Below, piece after piece: positions 1 to 8,929 of a stretch of 16,125 bases of DNA. Position 1 is the first letter of the stretch. Each line of letters begins with the position of its first letter. Origin of the DNA: Fidelibacterota bacterium (GTDB taxonomy: Bacteria; Fidelibacterota; UBA2242). The translations under genes were made by a program, and so were the position numbers. The notes under the pieces are model-generated. The model did no database searches. It saw nothing but the letters and a program-made list of their open reading frames with translations, and was not told the origin of the DNA. The stretch spans positions 26,831 through 42,955 of the forward strand of contig JBNGDF010000013.1 in the NCBI GenBank assembly GCA_049975265.1. The letters are read 5' to 3'.

Positions 1-78
1 TGAATTACCACTGAATTACCACTGAATTACCATTGAATTACCACTGAATTACCACTGAATTACCACTGAATTTACCAT
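1..78. repeat. 11-bp tandem repeat (TGAATTACCAC)n, truncated at the window start
   Basis: Units at 1-11, 12-22, 23-33 (ends CAT), 34-44, 45-55 and 56-66, plus a degenerate 12-nt unit at 67-78 (TGAATTTACCAT). It lies just downstream of the ugd stop codon. Confidence 0.97.
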
Positions 79-85
79 CGAATCA

Positions 86-1396
86 CTACCGAACTTTTTT
101 TCCAATACAATCATATTGAAATCCTTTCTGAATCATCAGGTCCGGTTCATAAATATTGCGCGCATCTATTAGAATCGGTTTCTTCATTACAGATTTGATA
201 TAATCCAGATCCATATTCCGAAATTCGTTCCATTCGGTCAAAATGATCAGCGCATCGACATCTTTGACCGCATCGTCCGACGCAGCTACATAAGTAATCT
301 GCGGAAAGTGCTTACGCATTTCGTTCATCGCCTCCGGATCATACGCCTTGATACTTCCGCCGCGTTTCAGAATTTCTTCTATCACCAGCAGTGCCGGAGC
401 ATCGCGGACATCATCGGTATTCGGTTTAAATGCCAGACCCAGCAGACCGATAGTCTTGCCCTTCAATTTCGGTAAAAATTTCTGTAGTTTCTCGACCACT
501 CGCCTTTTCTGCCGCTCATTGACGGCAATAACCGCTTCCACAATGGTGGCTTTCAATCCCACCTGCTCGGCGATTTTCGTGAACGCCAGTGTATCTTTCG
601 GAAAGCAGGAACCGCCGTAGCCCGGTCCGGCATGCAAAAATTTCGGCGAAATCCGCCCGTCCAGTCCCATTGCCTTGGCAACTGTCTGTGCATTGGCACC
701 AACCTCTTCGCAGACGTTTGCCACCTCATTAATAAAGGAAATTTTCGTCGCCAGAAAGGCATTGGAGGCATATTTGATCATCTCGGCAGTGCGGATATCC
801 GTCGCCACTATTGGCGTCTCGATCAAATACAGCGATTTGTAGATGCCTTTCATAATCTCAAGTGCCTTCTGGGAGCTGGTGCCCAACACGACCCGATCGG
901 GACGCATGAAATCGCCCACTGCAGAACCTTCCCGTAAAAATTCAGGATTGGAGACGATATCGAACATATCTTCGGAAACGCCCCGCGCCAGCATTCTTTC
1001 ACGGATTTTATCACCTGTCCCCACAGCAACGGTGCTTTTCGTGACAATGATCTTGTAACTGTCGATTACATCCGCCAATTTATCCACTACATTAAACACA
1101 TAGCTGAGATCTACCTCACCATTCTCTGCCGAGGGCGTCGGCACCGCCGAAAAAATGACTCTCGAATTCTGGATTGCATACTCCAGATCCGTCGTAAAAG
1201 TCAGGCGCCCCTTCGACACATTTTTTTGTACCAGCTCCAGTAAGCCGGGCTCGTAAATCGGCAGAACATCCTTTTTCAAATTTTCAATCTTTTCGGTATC
1301 AATATCGACGCAGATGACCTCGTTGCCGAAATCAGCCAGTCCGGTACCCGATACCAAACCAACATAACCTACCCCAACCATTGCTATTTTTTCCAT
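86..1396 (-). CDS. ugd: UDP-glucose/GDP-mannose dehydrogenase family protein (UDP-glucose 6-dehydrogenase)
   Basis: 436 aa. Rossmann GVGYVG, PIYEPGL, KSTV, SNPEFLREGSA, KYASNAFLATKISFINE, catalytic GYGGSCFPKD, GLAFKPNTDD. RBS AAGGAG at about 1402-1407. Confidence 0.95.
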   Translation of the reverse strand: MEKIAMVGVGYVGLVSGTGLADFGNEVICVDIDTEKIENLKKDVLPIYEPGLLELVQKNVSKGRLTFTTDLEYAIQNSRVIFSAVPTPSAENGEVDLSYVFNVVDKLADVIDSYKIIVTKSTVAVGTGDKIRERMLARGVSEDMFDIVSNPEFLREGSAVGDFMRPDRVVLGTSSQKALEIMKGIYKSLYLIETPIVATDIRTAEMIKYASNAFLATKISFINEVANVCEEVGANAQTVAKAMGLDGRISPKFLHAGPGYGGSCFPKDTLAFTKIAEQVGLKATIVEAVIAVNERQKRRVVEKLQKFLPKLKGKTIGLLGLAFKPNTDDVRDAPALLVIEEILKRGGSIKAYDPEAMNEMRKHFPQITYVAASDDAVKDVDALIILTEWNEFRNMDLDYIKSVMKKPILIDARNIYEPDLMIQKGFQYDCIGKKVR

Positions 1397-1559
1397 TAAA
1401 TCTCCTTCAATTTACGGGAATTTATCGTTGTAACGAGTGCTTATCGGTACCAGTTGTCAGTCTGTGGTTAGCAAATCTACTAATCAAGCCTCTTTCATTT
1501 GTATCGACGATAACATGCCGAAAATTTGGACATAGGGAAACAAAATCGCAAGGTTTTTT

Positions 1560-3683
1560 TTATTGATAACCGGAGATTCGCCGGACGATCCATTCGGAAG
1601 TCGCCACCAATAGTAATATTATAAATATACCCGGCCATCGCCAAAGTCTGACTTTCTGTGAGATTGTAACACGTTCTTTTTCATAAGAGATATAATCTGC
1701 AATGCCCATATAATTTTCAACCGTAAAATAGCGTCCTCCCGTCTTGTTGGCGATTCCCTTCAGTGTCTCCACATTCTGACGGATAATCTGATGTTCAACG
1801 GAATTCGGCAGCACCTCCAGCGCCATCTGTAACTCGCCCAGCACCTGATCTCCCTGCGAGGCGTGGATGCGAATTCGGTGATTTCCTTCATTTTCAAGCT
1901 GAACATTTCCTCTGTATTTCGTACCGTCCCATTGAATGAGGAAGTTGGCAGAATTGTTCCGTTCATCAAGCAACTCTGCTTCCAAAACCGCATCCGGGAT
2001 AATCCCGCCGTTCACATCGGTCACAATGCCCGACACCTCTGCCAGTTCGCCTTTCAGAAAAATATCCTTACTCAGAGAAAACTGGAGGCTGGAAGTACTT
2101 AAAGTGTCGGTCAGCCAGCTGATCAATGCCTGGGTTAAACCACTGTAAATATAATGATTTTCTGCACCGACGGTCATCATTTTCCAGCGCCATAAATCCG
2201 TTCCGGTAATTAAAATCCGACGTTTTCCTTCCGATTCACAAAGCGATACTATCGGCAGACCTCTGGAATCATCCGTAACAATGAGCGGGCGGTAACAATC
2301 ATCCAGCCGAATCTCCCGAAATGGCATTCCGACCGGCGGCAGATTAGCCCAGTCATTTTTATATCCACTGACCGCAAGCAAATTCATCAGAACCGGATGA
2401 CGGCGCTGAGACTCACTGATAATGGCTGGAACCTCACCATTTCTCTGACGGACAAATGCAAAGTTCTGCACCGGTTTATCCATCATCAAATTTAATTTTT
2501 CAATGTCCAGCCCCGGCACATATTGAACATAGAGTGCCGGTTTGTCCCGTCGGATTTTATCGGATACCATCTGGAACTGGCTTTGGGAAACACCATCCGC
2601 CGGAAATCCGAAAAGGGCGAGAGCGTCCCATTTCATCTGAAACGGCTGATCTACACCCGGAGAATGCCATCGCTCCTCATGAGGAAACAGCATCAGCGGT
2701 TCCAGATCCTTCAAAGACCTCAACGCATGGCTGAAATAGCGGCTATCAAAATTTGGGTGATTCTGGATAATAACCAGACGTTTCGACTTTTGGGAAACCC
2801 GGAGCAGCCCTTTCCGCAAATTATTCGCCGGGTTTCGATCCTCCGCCGTATCGATCATAACACTGTATTCATGGATACCGGCGTCCTTGGGAATCAAAAG
2901 GAATGAAACCGTTTCGATCAGAGACTGTGGAGAGCTGGAAATCGTCTTTTTCTGAGAAATTTGATCACCCTTTTTCATCCAGACCGTGATTGGCTCTCCG
3001 AATCCCAGCGGCAATACCCGCGCTTCCAGGAGCAGGCTGTCGCCTGCCGTCGCGGTAGCCGGGAGTGTCATATCCATAACCGCCGGATCCATAATCATGA
3101 GGCTGTCGCCGATTCCAACAGTATGAACAGGATACGACGAAAGATTCCTGACCAGCAGGGGGTCCTCTCCCGCGGTGGAGACACCATCGCTGATCAGGAT
3201 TGCTGCCCGGATTGGACGGTTTTCATCGCCATCATTGTAGTCGTATATCGCTGATATATCGGTACCGGCATTGTTAAAATTCAATTCAGCCGAACCACCG
3301 ACCTCCTTTTCGACGTCCAGACCGAATGGGAATAATCTGACCTGTCCGCCGCGACTTTCGATCTGCTTTTTTATTTCAGTGATAAGCACTCGGACCGAAT
3401 CGGCAGAAACGTTTTTCTGGGCGGTGATACTCTGAGAATTATCCGCAAATATGAGGATAACCGGCTTTCGTTCCCTGACCGTCTGCCAGCTGATGATCGG
3501 TTGAATCAACAGGATGAAGATTCCAAGAATCAGGAGACAGCGCAATGTCAGAAGCACTATCCAGACAGACCCGGTACGATGGTGCCTCCCAAAATAACTG
3601 GTGTATACTATCACCACCGCCGCAAAAACCGCCGGCAGCAGCCAGTATGAAGCATTTTGGAATTGAATGGAAAAGGATTGCAT
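1560..3683 (-). CDS. Membrane-anchored vWA (MIDAS) domain protein
   Basis: 707 aa. Two N-terminal hydrophobic helices, a MIDAS-like DNSQS, ILISDG and VHTVGIG, an Ig/CARDB-like segment ending in DRNPANN, and a C-terminal TM helix with EWIVRR. Confidence 0.75.
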   Translation of the reverse strand: MQSFSIQFQNASYWLLPAVFAAVVIVYTSYFGRHHRTGSVWIVLLTLRCLLILGIFILLIQPIISWQTVRERKPVILIFADNSQSITAQKNVSADSVRVLITEIKKQIESRGGQVRLFPFGLDVEKEVGGSAELNFNNAGTDISAIYDYNDGDENRPIRAAILISDGVSTAGEDPLLVRNLSSYPVHTVGIGDSLMIMDPAVMDMTLPATATAGDSLLLEARVLPLGFGEPITVWMKKGDQISQKKTISSSPQSLIETVSFLLIPKDAGIHEYSVMIDTAEDRNPANNLRKGLLRVSQKSKRLVIIQNHPNFDSRYFSHALRSLKDLEPLMLFPHEERWHSPGVDQPFQMKWDALALFGFPADGVSQSQFQMVSDKIRRDKPALYVQYVPGLDIEKLNLMMDKPVQNFAFVRQRNGEVPAIISESQRRHPVLMNLLAVSGYKNDWANLPPVGMPFREIRLDDCYRPLIVTDDSRGLPIVSLCESEGKRRILITGTDLWRWKMMTVGAENHYIYSGLTQALISWLTDTLSTSSLQFSLSKDIFLKGELAEVSGIVTDVNGGIIPDAVLEAELLDERNNSANFLIQWDGTKYRGNVQLENEGNHRIRIHASQGDQVLGELQMALEVLPNSVEHQIIRQNVETLKGIANKTGGRYFTVENYMGIADYISYEKERVTISQKVRLWRWPGIFIILLLVATSEWIVRRISGYQ

Positions 3684-3686
3684 GAA

Positions 3687-4694
3687 TTAACGATCGTTTT
3701 CCAGGGATAAATTCGGAACCGCTGGGATGGTACTCGAAGCAAACTGACGGCGGGCATACAATTCACAGCCGGTACGGGCGACCATCGCCGCATTATCGGT
3801 ACAGTATGTCAGTGACGGAAAGAAGACAGCGAGCCCCTTCTCTTCGGCTGTCCGGCGCATGCGTTCCCGCAGACGGGAATTTGCCGCTACTCCGCCAGCC
3901 AGTACCAGAGTCCGGCACCCCTTGACATCCACCGTTGCTATCGTATTATCGATCAAAACATCCACGATAGCTTCCTGATAGGAAGCACAGAGCTGCGCTC
4001 TGTTCTCCGCCGCCCATTCATCTCCCTTTTCTCTCACCAGATACAACAGGGCTGTCTTGAGTCCGCTAAAACTGAAATTAAGCGGATTGTCTTTGATTGC
4101 AGCCCGCGGAAAATGGTAAAAATTGGGATCACCGGCTTTAGCGATTCTGTCGATAACCGGTCCACCGGGATAACCAAGATTCAGAATCCGGGCTGCTTTG
4201 TCAAAAGCTTCACCTGCCGCATCGTCAATACTTTTACCGATAATTGAATATTTGTGAAATGCTTCCACATACACAATCTGCGTGTGACCACCGGACACGA
4301 GCAAACATAAAAAGGGGTATTCCAACTGCGGATGGTCCAGAAAATTCGCCATGATATGACCCTCCACATGATTGACGCCCAAGAGCGGCTTCCCCGTCGC
4401 AAACGCCAGCCCCTTGGCAAAACTCAGACCTACCAGCAGCGCTCCCATTAATCCGGGTCCACGGGTCACGGCAATCCCGTCAATATTCGCCAGAACCAGA
4501 TGCGTCTCGCTCAGCACCTGATCCACCAGCTTTTCAAGAATCCGCATATGCTCCCGGGAAGCCAGCTCAGGAACCACACCGCCGTATTGCTGATGCAGCA
4601 CCTGGGAGCTGACCAGATTCGCCAACACCGCATGCTCATTCACAACGGCGACCGATGTCTCATCACAGGATGTTTCGATACCCAGTATGTTCAT
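3687..4694 (-). CDS. tsaD: tRNA N6-adenosine threonylcarbamoyltransferase TsaD
   Basis: 335 aa. LGIETSCDET, GGVVPELASREH, GPGL, metal-binding HVEGH, LLVSGGHT, DDAAGEAFDK, FSFSGLKT, GGVAAN, CTDNAAM. Confidence 0.97.
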   Translation of the reverse strand: MNILGIETSCDETSVAVVNEHAVLANLVSSQVLHQQYGGVVPELASREHMRILEKLVDQVLSETHLVLANIDGIAVTRGPGLMGALLVGLSFAKGLAFATGKPLLGVNHVEGHIMANFLDHPQLEYPFLCLLVSGGHTQIVYVEAFHKYSIIGKSIDDAAGEAFDKAARILNLGYPGGPVIDRIAKAGDPNFYHFPRAAIKDNPLNFSFSGLKTALLYLVREKGDEWAAENRAQLCASYQEAIVDVLIDNTIATVDVKGCRTLVLAGGVAANSRLRERMRRTAEEKGLAVFFPSLTYCTDNAAMVARTGCELYARRQFASSTIPAVPNLSLENDR

Positions 4695-5693
4695 CTATCT
4701 GTTTCGGATGACCCGTACTTCAATACGCCGCGGCGTCATATTGCTCCAGCTCAGAACCCCTTCCGGCAGTTCAACACTCGGAACATAGTAATTTTCATCA
4801 TACTTCCAGTTTTCCCGGAAATTAAAATAGACATTGATGTCCGCTGGCTGAATCTTTGCCAGCTGACTAACGGCAGCCGAGACGGTCAGCGATATTTCCG
4901 AAGGACTCAATTCCACATTCGTGTGACTGGGAACACCCACCAGACGCACCGGAATGTTTGAAATCGGCTGCTCACCAATCTGCTCAATCAACTGGATAAA
5001 ATGGACTTTGTATACATTTGATTGAATATTCTCGTGAACCGGAATTTCCAGCTGAAGATCCGTCTCAATCGGTCCCATAACATCAGTCAGCTTCAAGGAC
5101 TCGGTAAATACCTCCTTGTACTTTTTCATATAGGTTCTGGGACCGCTCAGCAATACACTGTCGGGCGAAACCGACGGTTCCTTTACGGTGGTATATCCCG
5201 GCGCCGTCTTGATATCGGTACGCAGGCGCACCGGCACCCGCAACATATCCAGCCGGTCCAGCTCGATCCGGAGTGATTCGGGGTAGACTATGTGATTGAA
5301 GGTCACATTTACGTTGCGCGGGATAACGATCTTTTCAGCATTATTTGAAAAGTAATCATTTAAATTGTACATATAATACCAGCGAATGGATTCCACATCA
5401 ATGACAAATTTAAAGGCATATTTACGGGTAATTAATAAATAGAAAAGATCGATACCTCGTCCGGAAAAATTTGCCTGAACGCGGCTCGGTATCTTTTCCT
5501 TCAGCGTTTTCCCCTCTTCAATATTGACCACTTCAAGGGGAGTGCTGATCGTATAGGAATATTCATTCCCAAGAACAATAATAAACCAGATAACAACGAC
5601 AAATAAAAGGATGCCGATCTTTATTTTGGTATCTTTCAGAAACCAATTGATGAAACTTTGGCTGATTTTTGAGAAGACCGAACCTTTAGCCAT
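4695..5693 (-). CDS. YbbR-like domain (CdaR family) single-pass membrane protein
   Basis: N-terminal TM helix (KIGILLFVVVIWFIIV) followed by beta-rich repeats with YbbR-like PDSVLLSGP and PSEISLTV. The ATG at 5693 has AGGA upstream and is preferred over the TTG at 5708. The stop codon abuts the tsaD start (TAGATG). Confidence 0.75.
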   Translation of the reverse strand: MAKGSVFSKISQSFINWFLKDTKIKIGILLFVVVIWFIIVLGNEYSYTISTPLEVVNIEEGKTLKEKIPSRVQANFSGRGIDLFYLLITRKYAFKFVIDVESIRWYYMYNLNDYFSNNAEKIVIPRNVNVTFNHIVYPESLRIELDRLDMLRVPVRLRTDIKTAPGYTTVKEPSVSPDSVLLSGPRTYMKKYKEVFTESLKLTDVMGPIETDLQLEIPVHENIQSNVYKVHFIQLIEQIGEQPISNIPVRLVGVPSHTNVELSPSEISLTVSAAVSQLAKIQPADINVYFNFRENWKYDENYYVPSVELPEGVLSWSNMTPRRIEVRVIRNR

Positions 5694-5732
5694 ATTTTTC
5701 CTATCCAATCTTAAAACAGTCTTACGAAAGTA

Positions 5733-5765
5733 CTAAAGGGGCTGATTAATTTCAAGCCCCTTTAG
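5733..5765 (-). terminator. Probable intrinsic terminator after rpsA
   Basis: Perfect 11-bp inverted repeat CTAAAGGGGCT (5733-5743) / AGCCCCTTTAG (5755-5765). On the minus strand the GC stem is followed by TTTAGTACTTT. Confidence 0.75.
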
Positions 5766-5802
5766 ATGATTTTACCGTCAAATATGGAGAAAGAACTTCA
5801 GT

Positions 5803-8145
5803 TTACTCGGATTCCTCTGCTTTTTCCGGTTCATTTTTTTCTGTGGTTTTCTTTGTGGTTTTCTTTTTGGAACTGCTCTTTTTTACCGCTTTTTTCTTGG
5901 TTGTCATTGCACCGGTTTCCGAGTCCTCTTCGGCTTTTGCTTTTTTTGTGCTTTTTGCAGACTTTGCCTTCGGTTTTTTCTCGGACTCTGGTTCGGGTTC
6001 CGGCTTGGGCTCGGTTTTCTTCGCCCTGGTGGTTTTCTTCCGGGTGGTTTTCGCCGGTTTTTCCGCCTCTGTTTCGGCTTCCGGGGCTTTCTTGTCAGTC
6101 TCGGATTTGGCTATTTTTTTCCGAATCTCATCGGGAATTTTGATCTTATCGGTCAAATCCGATTCGTGCACCAGATAAGCCTCCACGCCCTCTTTCTCCT
6201 CTTTCGGAATCGCCTGCTCCCTGGAGAGTACGATACGCTTTTCGCTCCGGTTTACTTCCAGAACCTTCAGCTGCAGCTTTTCTCCGACGCTGATGGCTTT
6301 GCTGACATCTGCCCGATCTTTTTTTGGCATCTGACCGATCGGGACAATACCATCCACACCGTAATCTAGGTCCACTACAATAACCTTATCGGTAATCTTG
6401 GCAACCGTACCTTCGACAATGGCGCCCTCGGTATAGATGCCTTCGATCATCGGCCATGGATCCTCTTCCACCTGTTTGACACCCAAATTGATTTTCCGGT
6501 TCTCTTTGGATACCTCCAGCACCTTCACCTCAATCTCGTCGCCCCGTTTGACAACTTCCCGTGGGTGGCGGATTTTGCGTGTCCAGGACAGATCGGAAAT
6601 ATGCACAAATCCATCGATGCCTTCCTGCAACTCCACAAAAACACCATAAGGTGTCAGATTGCGGACGATGCCTTTATAAACCGAACCGGGAACATAGGTC
6701 TGTTCGATAGTTTCCCAGGGATCCGGTTCCAGCTGCTTGTATCCGAGCGATATTTTGCGCTCCTCCGTATCGATATTCAGGACCTTGGCTTCGATCTCTT
6801 CACCCAGGCTAAACACCTCGGAGGGATGCTTGATATGCTGTGTCCAGGAAATTTCCGAAATATGGATCAGTCCTTCGACACCGGTCTCCAATTCCACAAA
6901 AACACCGTAATTGGCAATATTGACCACCTTGCCTTTGACGACCGAGTCGACCGGGTAGCGTTCTTCGATGCCTTCCCATGGATGGGGTGTCAGCTGTTTC
7001 AAACCAAGAGACACCCGCTGCTTTTCAGGATCGTAATCAATCACCTTTACCGTCAGCTCTTCATCCATATTGACCATTTCCCTGGGATGGTTAATCCGTC
7101 CCCAGGAAAGGTCTGTAATGTGCAGCAACCCGTCCAGACCGCCCAGATCAATAAAGACACCAAAATCGGTGATATTTTTGACGCGTCCTTTGAGGACATC
7201 ACCCACCTTGATTTTCGAGAGCAGGTCTTCCCGTTTTTCCTTCAGACTCTCTTCGAGAATTTCCTTGCGGCTTAAGACTACATTTTTACGCAGTTCATTG
7301 AGCTTGACGATTTTGAACTCATAGGTCTTTCCGACATAGGAATCGAAATCGGTGACCGGACGGATATCGATCTGCGATCCCGGCAGGAAGGCGTCGATGC
7401 CCATAATGTCGACCACCATACCGCCTTTGATCCGGCTGGTAATCCGCCCTTCGATGGTCTCACCGCTATCATATATTTGCCGGACCCGTTCCCAGACCCG
7501 CATAAAATCAGCCTTTTTCTTGGAGAGAATCATCTGTCCGTTTTCATCTTCCAGAACATCTACAAATACTTCAATCTGATCACCGACCTTTGGGCTCTCT
7601 CCCTCTTCAAATTCATCCCGCGAGATAACGCCCTCGGATTTAAAACCGACATCCATCAGGATTTCGTTCTCGCTGACCGAAACCACGGTGCCGATCACCC
7701 GCTGTTCCTGGGATATATCACGAAGCGTGCTTTCGTAAATTTTTCGCTTGTCGGAATCTTCCTCCTGTTCGGGAATCCTGTCAAGATCATGCAGATTAAA
7801 TACCCGAATCTCTTCCGATAATGGACCGCTTTTGACGGTTTCGGTTTTATAATTTGTTTTGCTTTGAGCTGCCTCATCAGCAATGGCTGGAGGTTCTTTC
7901 AGGCTGACTGCGTCCGGTGCTTCGGCGGTTTCTTCTTCCGGCTCCACCTGATTCGGACGGTCATCGGTTGCAGTATTGTCTGTTTTCTCCGTTTCATCAA
8001 CGGTGGTACCTTCATTCTCTGTTACATCCTCGGATGCGGTTGCTTCCACCGGTTTTTCGTTTACTTGGGAGGCTTCTTCGGATTCGGTTTTATCTTCAAC
8101 TTTTTCCGAAGGGTTAGGGGTTAATTGTTTTTCTTCTTCTGTCAT
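5803..8145 (-). CDS. rpsA: 30S ribosomal protein S1 with long low-complexity N- and C-terminal extensions
   Basis: 780 aa. Six S1-type repeats (DVGFKSEG, AFLPGSQID, FGVFIDLGGLDGLLHITDLSW, YGVFVELETGVEGLIHISEISW, GFVHISDLSW, DGIVPIGQM). Directly downstream of cmk, with a GAGG RBS. Confidence 0.97.
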   Translation of the reverse strand: MTEEEKQLTPNPSEKVEDKTESEEASQVNEKPVEATASEDVTENEGTTVDETEKTDNTATDDRPNQVEPEEETAEAPDAVSLKEPPAIADEAAQSKTNYKTETVKSGPLSEEIRVFNLHDLDRIPEQEEDSDKRKIYESTLRDISQEQRVIGTVVSVSENEILMDVGFKSEGVISRDEFEEGESPKVGDQIEVFVDVLEDENGQMILSKKKADFMRVWERVRQIYDSGETIEGRITSRIKGGMVVDIMGIDAFLPGSQIDIRPVTDFDSYVGKTYEFKIVKLNELRKNVVLSRKEILEESLKEKREDLLSKIKVGDVLKGRVKNITDFGVFIDLGGLDGLLHITDLSWGRINHPREMVNMDEELTVKVIDYDPEKQRVSLGLKQLTPHPWEGIEERYPVDSVVKGKVVNIANYGVFVELETGVEGLIHISEISWTQHIKHPSEVFSLGEEIEAKVLNIDTEERKISLGYKQLEPDPWETIEQTYVPGSVYKGIVRNLTPYGVFVELQEGIDGFVHISDLSWTRKIRHPREVVKRGDEIEVKVLEVSKENRKINLGVKQVEEDPWPMIEGIYTEGAIVEGTVAKITDKVIVVDLDYGVDGIVPIGQMPKKDRADVSKAISVGEKLQLKVLEVNRSEKRIVLSREQAIPKEEKEGVEAYLVHESDLTDKIKIPDEIRKKIAKSETDKKAPEAETEAEKPAKTTRKKTTRAKKTEPKPEPEPESEKKPKAKSAKSTKKAKAEEDSETGAMTTKKKAVKKSSSKKKTTKKTTEKNEPEKAEESE

Positions 8146-8162
8146 GGAACGAATTCCTCAGG

Positions 8163-8861
8163 TTAAGGGTTATTGATTGACGAATTATTTGTCAAATTAA
8201 GTTTTTTCTGAACAATCCCGACGATTTTCGCCACCTGCTCTTCAAAACTTAGATGAGTCGTGTCGATAACAATGGCATCTTCGGCTTTTTTCAGCGGTGA
8301 ATGGGTGCGGGATGAATCGATTTGATCCCGTTTGCGCAGCTCCCCGGCAATTTCATCCAGCGATAACGATTGACCGATTTTCTGATAATCCCGACTCCGG
8401 CGCTGAGCCCGGACATGCAGGTCGGCATTCATATAAAATTTCAAATCGGCATCGGGAAACACATTGGTGCCGATATCTCTTCCTTCCATCACAATATTGC
8501 TCATCCTGGCAAATGCCCGCTGCTGCTCCGCCATAACGATCCGGACACCCGGAATTGCGCTGACCGGACTCACCAATTCCGCCACCTCCGACATTCGAAT
8601 CGCTGCAGTCACATCCTCATCACCGATAAAGGTGTGATGGACATTATCAATCCAGCGAAAGCGTATATCCAGATTGCGTGCGGCAGCAACGATTTTTTCC
8701 GTAGCATGAATATCAATCCCTTGTCGAATGACCAGAAGAGTGACGGCACGGTACATGGCGCCCGTATCGACATAGGTAAAATTCAGCCGTCGGGCAACCT
8801 CCTTGGCGGTGCTGCTCTTACCGGAACCCGCCGGTCCATCAATTGCGATGACTATTCCCAT
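8163..8861 (-). CDS. cmk: Cytidylate kinase
   Basis: 232 aa. IAIDGPAGSGKSS P-loop, DTGAMYRA, MEGRDIGTNVFPDA, RDQIDSSRTHSPL. Confidence 0.96.
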   Translation of the reverse strand: MGIVIAIDGPAGSGKSSTAKEVARRLNFTYVDTGAMYRAVTLLVIRQGIDIHATEKIVAAARNLDIRFRWIDNVHHTFIGDEDVTAAIRMSEVAELVSPVSAIPGVRIVMAEQQRAFARMSNIVMEGRDIGTNVFPDADLKFYMNADLHVRAQRRSRDYQKIGQSLSLDEIAGELRKRDQIDSSRTHSPLKKAEDAIVIDTTHLSFEEQVAKIVGIVQKKLNLTNNSSINNP

Positions 8862-8929
8862 AATCCACCTTTCAAAAAGCCTGTAAATTTAACTGATCAT
8901 CTGGTAAAAACAAATAAATGCTTCTCCTG

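Noticed and set aside
1..78. CRISPR array, also considered for the 92-bp array at the right end
   Set aside because: The left repeat has no spacers, the two right-hand spacers are identical and the repeat is tRNA-derived. No cas genes are present.
1425..1436. Palindrome TCGTT-GT-AACGA upstream of ugd
   Set aside because: A single short instance with no regulator nearby, not distinguishable from chance.
6119..6136. TTCCGA-N6-TCGGGA inside rpsA resembling the tRNA-array palindrome
   Set aside because: Imperfect, in-frame coding sequence (IPDEIR) and plausibly chance. A genome-wide motif count would be needed.
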